Notes under the pieces: model-generated | What the model saw: only the letters and a program-made list of their open reading frames with translations | Told to the model about the DNA's origin: nothing | The model's database searches: none | Translations under genes and position numbers: made by a program | Source: Perna viridis | Taxonomy: Eukaryota | Direction of reading: 5' to 3' | Length of the DNA stretch: 64,000 bases | Assembly (NCBI GenBank): GCA_037379345.1 | Contig: CM074513.1 | Coordinates: forward strand, 7,254,001 to 7,318,000 | Shown here: piece after piece, positions 41,310 to 53,700 of the stretch | How the letters are laid out: each line of letters begins with the position of its first letter | Numbering within the stretch: the stretch's first letter is position 1

Positions 41310-42864
41310 AGCTGGAAATGTTCTACTGCAAATTGTCCTGCTACAATTAATACATTAAACAATATACCAACCAAAGTATCAGTAAATCACAACCATGAGT
41401 CTGATAACGTGCAGTTGAAGGTAGATGTAGTCCTGCAGAGCATGAAAAAACGTTGCATAGATGAGCTCACTCCAGTTTCCACTATCTATGAAGAAGAATT
41501 AGTAAAACTCAGAACTGATGACTGGAATGACGACACACAAGAATCTAACACACTTAGCAACTGCAGAAACTATATATGGTGACGGCACATTTTATACATG
41601 CCCTACTCAATTCTACCAACTGTACACTTTCCACGCAATGGTTGACAACGCAATGTATCCGCTAGTGTACAGCTTACTACCAGCCAAGAGCGAACTTGTA
41701 TATACCAGATTTCTTACTCTACTCAAAGATTTATGTCAACAACATCAACTGCAACTTCAACCTACTACTATCTTTCTGGACTATGAGGTCGCCATACGCA
41801 ACGCAGCATACTCCATCTTTCCTGGCATCAACGCAAAGGGCTGTTTTTTTTTTCACTATACTCAGAGCATTTGGCGAAAAGCTCAGGAAACAGGTCTACA
41901 GGTGCCTTACAAAGAAGACAACAACATCCACCAATTAGTACGTCATGCAGCTGTGTTACCACTCATACCCACTGCTGAGGTCGAAGACGTATGGTTTAAT
42001 GCCCTTACTGATATAGATGATGTTGAAACAAACGCCAACTACGTTCCCTTCACTGACTATGTAACAACTTACTGGGTAGAGCAGAACAGACACTTATGGA
42101 ACCACTACACAACAGAAGGTCCAAGGACAACCAATCACTTAGAAGGATGGCATAGTAAACTTAAGAAACATGTTCAACATCCACACCCAAACATATTCAG
42201 ACTCATAAAACAACTGAAACATGAGGAAGCCATCCACGACTTGACTATGATTCAATACGCAGCTGGTGGTAAAAGAGCAGTACAAAAGAGAAAGTATGTA
42301 GACATCAACAACAGGTTAGCAGCCCCCAAAACAGACATCGTAACCAGGAAGTCACAACTGTCCAGTTTGGTGATGCAGCTTCATACCTTCTGCACCTTGA
42401 CTAAATTGATGAACTGTTAAATTGTTATGTGAAAACAAAATAATTGTGTATGTTTAATATATATGATCTAGTGCTTAATATCGTAGAGACTGGTTGAATG
42501 AATGTGTTTAAACTGATATTGTTACTTTCTTATGTCTTATGACTTATGTATATCAAAAACTACTGATTCATTAATATACATTATGTATTCATATATATAA
42601 CTGTTTATTTATATTTCCTTAAATTAAAAAGTATAATATTCAAAATTTACTTGTTTCTTTTTAATTATATTTATGCAACAAAATGGAAATTCACTGACAA
42701 AATATATCATTTACCTGTCATTAATTACAAAATCAATTAACACCTAATCAAACATTGTTTATACAGTATAATCCTTTATCTACACTATTTTCCACCTATT
42801 CCCACATGAAAATTTACCTTTTTATTACCTATTTTATAAAAAGTGGGAATAGGTGGAGTGAACC
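41310..42864 (+). mobile_element. Mutator-like (MULE) DNA transposon, 5'-truncated and internally deleted
   Basis: FLYWCH-like remnant (WKC..NCPA..HNH) and DDE core YGDGTF..QLYTFH / FLDYE / GCFFFH / RTTNHLEGWH in ORF 41518-42420. Deletion and frameshift near 41540. A 15-bp inverted repeat (42791-42805 / 42843-42857) marks the probable right end. Confidence 0.88.
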
Positions 42865-44758
42865 GGTGAAATTTTTATGGAAGTTTGAGGTATGATGGTT
42901 TATTAAACTTCCAAAACTTCGTTTGATTTGAAGCGGTAGATTTTTTTATTTGAAAAAGACTATAATCAACTCTGTGGGAAAATTAATTGTGTTCTCGTAC
43001 CTATAGGCCATAAATTTTCTTTCTATTCAAAAATGACATAGGAACCTTCCAATTTATTTTGTGTGGCCTTGAAGATATTAAAGTTATTTTTCATCATTTT
43101 ACAGAAGTAGTTCTTATATTGTACTGAAACAGTCTATTTATTTGCTATGTCTGCAATGTACGCGTGAACTAGATTTATTAACCCTATGAAAAAACGCCTT
43201 AAAATTCACATTTTAATTGCATCATTCAAAGCATCTTAATGGTGCAAACGTTTGGACGTGAAATCTGAAGTATAGATTTATTATTCAGACACATGCTCCT
43301 GGTTTAAATTACATATTCATGCTGACATGAGATGCAATGTACAAGTACGTGTGATATATACTGCAACAATGCACAAATTATACATGTATATGTCTACTCA
43401 GTATCCTTGCGTTATTATAACGAGCGCCCCTCCCCAATAAAAAAACAACAAACAAAAACAACAAAATCCTATGAACAATACATGTATATGATTGGTACAC
43501 GTACATGTTATGTTCTATGCATTTGAAAATAGCCTCCGTTGTGTATAAAGAAAAATACAAAATTCTTTTGTGCTGTTTATAAATACGTCCTTTATCGCAG
43601 ATGAAACAATTGCCTATAGTACAATGCCGGCGGATAATTCTTCTAACTCGTTCACTCAATGTTTAGAAATGTCCAAGTTGACCAGTTTATTATTTTTTTT
43701 TTTTCAGTTTGTTTGGTTTCTATATGTAATGTGCTTTTTGTTTTTCTCTCTCAGCTTTCAATGTTCGTTTTTGCTTTGCCATCGAGTAACTGTTAGTCAG
43801 TAGCCTACCCTTATCAACTTACACATTTTTCAAATAACTACCGATGCTACAGTTAAGTCGTCTATCACGAAGTTTGTCGGAGACCTAATATTTTTGCTGC
43901 GCTTAATATTATTTTTATTCTCCTGTCATAAAAATTCTTGAAAGTGTCCGCAGATTGAAATGAAACTTCACGGGAAGTTAGAAGTACTCTTTGAAGGATG
44001 CAGAACTCGGAAATGGCTGCTAGACCGGGGCGTCCAATTTGTTTTACGAATAAAAAATTGAATTAAAATATTTCAGAAACAGCAGATCAGAGTTTCAAGA
44101 CATTTGGTATACTTTTCAGCTAATAGGTCCAAACAAGTTTACGAAAAAGAAAATCGCGTTTGTCTCGGCGGCTATTTTCAAAATCGAAAGCCCGATTTTA
44201 AAGAAAATTAATATCTTGGATATTTTGGCGTTCCCAACTCATAACATGAGACTTAATGTGAACAATGTGCTGACCGCTAATTTCAAAATGGCTGCCAACG
44301 TAGTTAAAAATTCAAAGGTGTCCGATTTCAATCAAATTCTATAACTACGTTTTTTAGACTGTACGTCCTAAATAATATCAAGTTTAATTGACAAATGTAT
44401 CCCAAAAATTGTTCTACTCTTTTCGCGGAACGCAATATTCATTTTTTTTTTCAAAAATTTTGATTCGACCCGCGATCAGCAGTGTTATATTAATTTGAAA
44501 TTCCAGAGATACATAAATTTAAATGCATCAGAAAACATAAAAGAAAAGGAGACATTACAAATTAAAATAACACTTCATTGTTGGGATGCTCGCAGCTAGT
44601 TGCAATTTCATGGTATGGAATTCAAGTACAACAAAGCACATTATCTTTTTATATTCATCAAATAATTTATGTTGATCCGCCTAATTTATCTAGCATCACA
44701 CGTGTAGGATATGTTACATGCACGTTCAGAATCTCCAGCGACAACTGTAAAAAACAAA

Positions 44759-47700
44759 ATGATGTTTATTGCGATAGTGAAATTGTTTGTGTTAGTTTTT
44801 ATAAGTGGAGTCAGTTCTAATATTGGTAAGTGTATTTTTTTTATAGTATATTGAGAATAATTTAAAGATGCAATTTATAACACAGTTACACGTTGCAAAT
44901 GTCCACTTTCTACAATGTGCAACTCGGAGATTGAAACATGTATCACATATACATGTACATTTGTATGTATAACTATACTAAAGCATTTTTAGTTAGCTGG
45001 CTAGATCACGCAATATTATTCTAATAATTATTTCTTATCTAATACAAAATATGGAATAGTCTTGTAACTGACCAACGATTTTTTTTAATTTCCGAGATAG
45101 AGTTGTATGTCTCGAGCTTCACATCATACAGATTGCAAATTAGTTGTCTTCGTATTTTGTTTCAAGAGTATGTCATGCTGTCAATTGAAACAACGAAATT
45201 GCAACTTTTAACTTTATAGACAACCAATATTTAAAAAAAAAACTGAAAATAAAAAAAAAAAAAAAAATACAAAACGCAAACTATTTGTTTTTAACAGTGA
45301 TAAAAGTGTCTGTCCTTCACGTTCAATTTACTTTTAATTTGCATTGTACATGATAAAGTGTATGGAAGATAATATGGAGCCAAAAAAAGAAATATCCGTC
45401 TCATATTCAAAGTAGGAGGTTGCTCCTAATCTGGAGATTATTCAATGACTGTATAATTATAAAGCTGACTGAAACATATTAGGGGACATCACCCCCCCCC
45501 CCCCCGTTCTCAAGTTCAAAGTACACTCCATGTTCTGGGTGAAGTCCCAAGTACAATTTTACTTTTTGGTAAGGTACAAAGAACTTTGACTTGTGTGTCT
45601 ATGTCTAAAGTACACTCTAATAATGATCAAAATTCCTAAGTCCAAAAAGGGGGGTGTGTATAACGTTTATATATACACTTGTACCATAATTTATGGATCC
45701 GCCCCTGCCATATATAACTCTGGTAGTTGAAGTAAGTCCCTATTAGGGTAATATCTGGTAGGGGTGGATCCATAAATTATAATGGGGTGGGTCCGCATTC
45801 AAGCTGTCATTTGACAATTTTTGTCCATATTACACACAATATTTACAAACAAAAGTGTGATATGAATTACCGGAACCCTCTGGTTCCGCCGTTATTGTCG
45901 TATTGATATTAATATTGAAGGAAAGTTCAAATGTGATCATTCTGTTCCTTCGTGGGCAGTGTCAGCTTTAGACTTGCTTTTACATACATGTACATGTATA
46001 TACACTAAATTAGATTTCCTTTAGAGTTTTTACTTGACGACCCATAAAAAAAGTACGATGTTCATATTTTGCAGGGTATTTTTGGCATATCACAGACATC
46101 CATTGGGATTCAACTTACATGCAAGAAGGACGATCTTGTCAAGGAGCAGTCGAGGACCAAGATTCGGTGGGAAGTCATGGTATTTTTGGTGATTATAACT
46201 GCGATTCACCATGGCGACTGGTATACTCAATGGTAGAGGGCATACGAGATTTGAAGTCAGACCCAGACTTCGTTATATGGACAGGGTACATTTTATAAAT
46301 ATAACTATGCAAGGGGGTAGGTAGGCAAAGGCGAGATGGGGTGCTTTCTCCGTAAAATGTAGTTGAATCAGTAAAACAGGAAAAGAAAAGGATAAATCAA
46401 TTTTAGAATCATGTTAACATATTCACATGTAGAGAAACATCTTTAAACATGGTACATTCATTTAGAAGGGCAAACAATTAGGAATGGCTCTCAAGATGTT
46501 TTGCCATGCTTGGCTGGGCAATTAAGCTTTCAAATTGCCTTTATGACTTCAAATCTTAGATCCGCGTCTTAAAGGTACAGTAATATTCAAAAGTCACCTC
46601 CCAAGCCAGAGACTGGGGATCATTTTTTTTTATTTAAATCAATCCTTTCTGGTTAATTCTAGTAGAATTCCCAATGCCATGAATGCAATGCACAAAATGT
46701 GAGAACAACATAATAATACTATCTGGTAAACAAATGTAGCTTTTATGGGGTTAAAAGTATCTCTTTTTTTGCTGATTAAGCAAATTTTATATTTCCAGGG
46801 ACACCGTTCCAGACTTTAACGAAGAATACCTGAAACTGAATGTTATCGATAATATCCTTGGAAACGTAACGTATTTAATTAAGGAAACCATATCCGGAAT
46901 TCCAGTGTTCCCGACAATGGGACATCGTGATTTCAGCTTCACCGTTCAGCTTCCAGTATACAATGATACTTTTGAGAAATGGAAAAGTTGGATCAGTGAC
47001 CTGAATGCAAAAACGTTTACTAAGGGTTTGTATTAGGAAATTTATTTATACGTTGTTCCTTTTTAGCTCACCTGGCGGAAAGGTCATGTGAGCGATTGCC
47101 TTCACAATGTGTCCGTCGTCGTCTTTGTCCGTAAACATTTTCAAACATCTTCTCCTCTAAAACTACACAATAGATTGTAACCAAATTTTGCATGAATGTT
47201 CCTTGGGGTATTTTCAACAATCCTTGTGTGGGGATTGTTGATCTGGCAAAAACATGGCTACCGTTACTAAAAATAGACCATAGGGGTCAAATTGTAGAAT
47301 TATGCAAATAACTCAAAAACAGTTAGGTTTTATTAAATAAAATCTGGTAGGGGTAAAATTGTTCAGCATGATGGGATGGATCTATGCCGAAATTTTCAGA
47401 AAGATCAGTTGACGAATGAATGAGTTATGAGTCCTGAAATGGATTTTTTCCCGAATTTTACATTTCCAACTTAGAAAATCTTCTTCTCTAAAACTACAGG
47501 ATGAATTAAAACAAAACTTTGCTTGAATTGTGTGTAAAATATGTTAACCATTCTATGTGTGGGGATTTCTGATCTTGCGAAAAATAAGGCCACCGTTAGT
47601 AAAAATGGACCATATGGATCAAATTGAAGAATTATGCAAATAACTTAAAAACGGTTTAATTTTGCTAAAATCCGGTAGGGATAAAATTGTTCAGGATAGG

Positions 47701-50700
47701 ATGGACCTATGCCGCAATTTTCAGAAAGATCCGTTGACGAATGAATGAGTTACCTGTACGGGTGGGTCCTGAAATGGATTCCCCCCCCTGAATTTTCATT
47801 TCCAACTTTGAAAATCTTCTCCTCTGAAACTACCTGGTTGATTAAAACAAAACTTTGCATGAATATTATGCAGAATATGTTTAGCAGTCAATGTGTGTGG
47901 AATTTTGATCTTGTGAAATACATGGCCACTGTTTCTAAAAATAGACCATAGGGGTCAAATTGAAGAATTATGCAAATAACTCAAAAACAGTTGGGTTTAC
48001 CTTAAATCTGGCAGTGATTTTAACTGTAGCATGATTGGATTACCTACATGTACGTGAATGCCGAAGTTTTCAGAAAGATCCGTTGACAAATGAATGAGTC
48101 ATGGGGGCTGAGATGGATTTTTAAAAAATCTCCACTTAGACAACTTGTAGGATAGATTGTAACCAAACACTACATGAATGTTTGTTAGGATATCCGTAAA
48201 AAAATTTCATCGTCGAAAACATGGCCACCACTGATAAAAATTGACGATTTGTTGAAATTACTTGAAAACCAAACGGTTTAGTCTAATTTTCTAGGGGGAA
48301 ATGATCAGCATGGTGATACCGACCTACATGTATCCTGAAATTTTCATAAAGGTCTGTTGCTCAGTGTTGCAGTTATTGCCTTTGACAATGACAATTAGTG
48401 ATTTATTTTATAATATGAAAACCGGTGGATAACTAAGATGCTCTGTATTGATTAAATGATTCTTGTGACAATAGTTTGGTAAGGTCAAGAGTCCAGCTTT
48501 AGGGTGCTTTAAAGGCTGTTTTTGACCAGGTGAGCGATTCAGGCTGTCTAGAGCCTCTAGTTTTATTTTCTGTCCCCCTAAAGTGTTGCAGAGTGACATG
48601 GATAAGGTATCTTAACAATTTATTAATTCAGTAATTATCAAGTCTCATCCTTTGTATAATTCACAGGACGAAAACTTTAACATATTTTCCTTACTCAGTT
48701 ACATGTATAAAACAATTTTGAAACAAGAATTTAAGCACAGATCTGCCTTAGAACCATGCAGACAGAGGCTAATGATTAGTGAATCACATTTTTTGTACTG
48801 GAAATCTTTCAGTAGGCCTCATAGAACTTGTTTTTGACAATAAGAGTACTACTGATAGTAGATCACTGGAGATATTAAGTAAACACTTATATTTTAGTTG
48901 ATTCTACTACAGAAAAGTACGTGAAAATTTCCCGCAAAAATTTTTTACACTAGTAATCGTTAAAGAATATTTAACAAAATATAGCAGATCAAAGGAAAGG
49001 AACGCAATGAGAGGACTTCGTTATTTGGGCGTAAAAAATGTATTTGAACAATTTCTTCAAGTATAATCTATACAATGAACTATACATAGGCTTATATAAA
49101 TGTGTATCGAACGGCTTAGCCTGCCAGGAAAAACCACAAAACCCAACTTTCAGGTTGTGCAACTACTTTATATGTAGGAAAGTTCTGTAGAAACATGTGT
49201 CCATACCCAATGTAAAAGACTGTCTCAAGAGTTATACCTGGACGAAGTATAAGTTTAGAAAATTGGAAAACAAAATACATGTAGAATATTATGTCTATTA
49301 GACACATCTACCAAATATTATTGAAAAAATCATAATCATAATAATAAAATTTAAGCAAAGACAAAAAAATATATCTACTATATTTTTACTGAAACTTGAG
49401 TGTTGGCCAGTCAGATGTAGGCTAGAAAGTGATTACAAAGGGAAAATATTCCCGCTCAAAATCTACATCACGTGATAAATATCCCGTGAAACATTTCACT
49501 AGTACCGTCAATACAATAATTTCCTACTATACTATCGAAACGTTGGAAATCATACGTATAATCTATACATTGAACTATATATTGGCTTAAATAAATAAAC
49601 AATGCTATATATTGCAAATAACCCTTTGCGACTAGAAATATATAAAGAAAGTGCCCAGTTGTTATCTTCCAAGATTTTTGGACACTGACATTCTCTTTTC
49701 AAGAGTGTATTCTATATATATCCGTCTTTTACAAAATCAGTTTTTCATCTGCCGTGTCTCTTAATACATCTTTTGTTAACATTGGACTCCGCAGCGGCAG
49801 TGACACCACCTGAACGTAATAAGTTTAAAGTTGGTGCTTTTCAAAATATTTTCTCTAGCTGCTGTATAGCTTAAAGGTTTCATTTTATATATAAATTTTG
49901 TAACACCTCTAGATCTAAATATAGGCTTAAAAACAAAATCATCCGAATGAGTGTCCAAACCTGATATCTTAACATAACGTTTGTACATATTAACAGGACA
50001 TGCAACAGTAAAACATTTGGAAATATCGTTTCCTTGTCTATATTTATATGTTTTGCTATTAGCAATAAAAATCTTTAAATACTCATCAAAAATTTGAATG
50101 TCTTTACATTTTAAACTACTTATATCGTCGAAACGTAAAAATCCTGAGTAAGCGATTACAATCATAGTAAGATCTCTGATTACAAGTAGGTCATCGGTGT
50201 TTTCATAGATGGAAAATAAGTCAATAAGTATTTCGTTATTTACAGGACCTTTCTTGTTGACGGGTTTACCATTCAGTCTTTTAGCGGATTCTAAAAGTGA
50301 CTTAACAAATGAGTTTTTTTGTTGGATCTATGAACCCGTTTATTTCGTGAGCCCACTTATTGGAATAAACAGCGGAATTAACGACACTTGGAGAGCACTG
50401 TATGTCAATTAAATAAGTCATGTATAAAGCTACATGTGCTGGGTCTGCTGACAATTCTTTCAAACCGTGTTCATTTGCAAACCCTTTCCATCGGTTGAAG
50501 CTCGAAAAGTCTTTTTGGTAGTGTTATCACTTTTTGAGTCCACTATTGTTGTAACCATCTTACTGGCAAGTTTCTGAAGAAATGTTGATTTTCCAATACC
50601 GCTATCTGCAACCGCCTTGTCCACACTCTGTTTCAGGCTTATTCCTAAAAATCACACATATAATTAAAATCTTATCTTAACAGCCAACATTTTAAATTTA

Positions 50701-53700
50701 GTTTCTCGCCAAACACTCCGTTCTTTCCTACCCCTTTTGTGATTACATTTTTACAAGGTAAGTATTTGATCTCATGTACAAAATCTGGTGTACCTATTTT
50801 AGTGTACAACAAATGCCAGAAAGGAGAAGATTACCATACTGGTACTATAAGAGTACCTTTGGCTCTATCTTGCTCTATTTTTGTTATTGTCTTGCTATCA
50901 AATTTGGTGGAGGGACCAACCAATTCGTGTCATCACACCAATTCCGAGAAAAAGCATCTACTGCCTCTGTGCCTGGGTACCAAATTTTAGGATTGAATCT
51001 CGTACACTAGGTGTTATAATGTGTAGCAAACCTGTCAATGCTGTATGGACCCCATGTTTTGTTAAAATAATGAAATATTTTGCTTTTTATTGTCCAATCA
51101 TCAGGGTTTGTGTGCCTACTCAACTCATTGGCGTACTGATTTTCTGATCTAGGTAACCAATGTGTTTTTAATTGTATATTTTTGATTTCGCACACTTTGT
51201 GAATATCTAATGCTATACTCTGAAGTCCACTTTTCTTACTACCGACTTTCAATATGTGTGCCACATTTCGATTATCTGAGTTTATACTAACTCGTCTGTT
51301 CTCTAAATTATTTTCAAATGTGTTCCATGCACGCCTTACGCATTCGAGTTGAACTCTCTACCTTTTCGTCGGCTGTCCAATTGCCCGACATTTCTTCTCC
51401 AGAAACACTAGAAACGTGTTCTGGCAAAATAGCCACCAAAGCCTACATCTGAGGCGTCACAAAATATGTCAAAATCTGACTCCAAAACACGATCAATATC
51501 GGAAATATTTGTTCCTTGATCGTTAAATATTCTACATGATTTCTCCCAAAACATAATTTCAGTAGTAGTATATTGTGTTATTTTCACAGGTGAATCCCCA
51601 CTAGCTCTAGACAAAGTACAATCATGAATACATCTAGTTCGTAATCGAACTTGATCTCCTATAACAATTTGCATTGATATCAACTGACCAAAAATGTTAG
51701 CTAACGACCTAACTGGAAATAAAAGCTTTCCATTCGTTATTTTTTTGCATCAAAGTTTTCGCTTTGGTCTCAAATCTATCAATTCTCTCTTCTTTAACAA
51801 TAAATGTTACCGATTTCGGTATTCCAAGTATACCCCAACCAATCAATTTTTTGAGTTGGCTTCTTAATGCATTTGTCATGTGCCATTGAAAAACCCTAGT
51901 TTTTCTATCTGCGTTTTAACCCTTATGTTTGTTTTACTAGCTTTGTCAAAATCACTATCCCCTCCGAGGCCATCATCCAAAACATAATGACCCTTTCACC
52001 CTGTGACCTTAAATGTACTTATCTTTTTCTTTTCCGGACATTCATCTGTCCAATGCCCCTTCTTTCCGCGGTTGAAGCACCTCCCAGGTTTCCATGATGA
52101 TGTGCTTGGTTCCTGCTTATCTTTACCGTAAGGAACTTTCCTTATCGATTTTCCTCTTTTCGTCTTGTCTGCATTGTTCTTGCGTTGAGCGCGTTTCTGA
52201 GCTTTTATCATTTTCTTTTCATCTTCTGAATCATCTGCAATTGGGTTGGCTATGTATTCATTTACAACCTTCCAACCAAGTTCAGATGAATCAGAGAGCT
52301 TAATTAGTTTTTGTCTGTCTTGTACCAATTCAATATCTTCGGCTGTCTTCATTTTAGCAACCTGGATGGATCCAAAATTCAACTCGGGCACTTCCAAGTT
52401 TGTGTTTGCCTCTTTAAGCTTATTTAACACTTTCACTTCATGCTTGTACTGGTTCTCATTCCCTTTTCTCTGAAAGGTGTATTTGTCAGTCAGTGTCTCC
52501 TCAATCTTGGTCATTTGAGTGCGAAATTTCCTTTTGTGTTTGTCTAATATCCGAATGAAAAGCTGAGAAACGGGTATCCATCATTGATGAAATGTTTGAC
52601 ACAAAATAATGTTGAGCTGCACTAACAGCAATCTTCACTTCCCGAGAAATAGCTTCTTTAATCGGTGAGTCTAACCCAGTGACCATTTTGAGTGCTGGCC
52701 AGTCAGAAGTAGGCTAGAAAGTGATAACAAAGGGAAAATATTCCCGTTCAGAATCTACATCACGTTATAAATATCCCGTGAAGCATTTCACTAGTACCGT
52801 CAATACAATAATTTCGTACTTTACTATCGAAACGTAGGAAATTATACTTATCTTGAGATATAACGAATCACCCTCTGTCTGGTTTTTTAAACAGACCCAC
52901 ACTAAATTAATATTGAGTACTGATGAAAGCATATTGTTTTTCTTTTTACCAGGTGGTTACTACAAAATGAAGACTAAGTTTGGGTTACTGGTGGTTGGGC
53001 TAAACACAAACCTTTATCAAAAAGGGCATAAGCAGGCTAGTGATGAACTGGATCCTTCAGGGCAGTTCAAATGGCTTGAACAAACGCTGATATCAGCCAG
53101 AATAACTGAAGAAAAGGTACTTTTGTTACATAATTCGAATCCCATCGCTCATATGTATTTTCCTTCTATTTACACTATTTGCCTGGTTCATAAATTTTAG
53201 TTTGCACGCTTTGACAGCGTATACAGGTCATAGTCATATTAATCACATATGAACGGTGTCTGTACGAAGGCAGACTTCTTTATTAGGACAGGGAACATTT
53301 TGTAGATACAGCTACGGGCGAGAAAGTTAAAATATCACTTCCAAAGCTTGAGATGGGAGTTTTTTTAACCTTGGTCATTGTAATAGTACTCCTCGTTTTC
53401 GCACACTGCAATGAATAAGCTATATGAAATATGAGCAACGACCACTCTTCTTCGGAAAGTAAATATGTTAAATATGTAAATAAATGTGTTATTTTTATCG
53501 TAATAAATCAAATTTTATAAATTCTTATTATCTTACATGTATCGGAAAAGCCATATGGACCTCTGAAATGGTTATAAAAAGATGGCATGCGCATTTATAA
53601 AACGAGGGTCGATTTAGAAACTAAATGGTGGAACAGGCTTTACTTTGCTCATTTTGTGCCCAAGTCGTGCATAAAATTTACAAACTTCTCCAATAAACGG

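Noticed and set aside
40910-41374. 154-aa minus-strand ORF
   Set aside because: Partly antisense to the MULE coding region and running into repeat sequence; no protein features.
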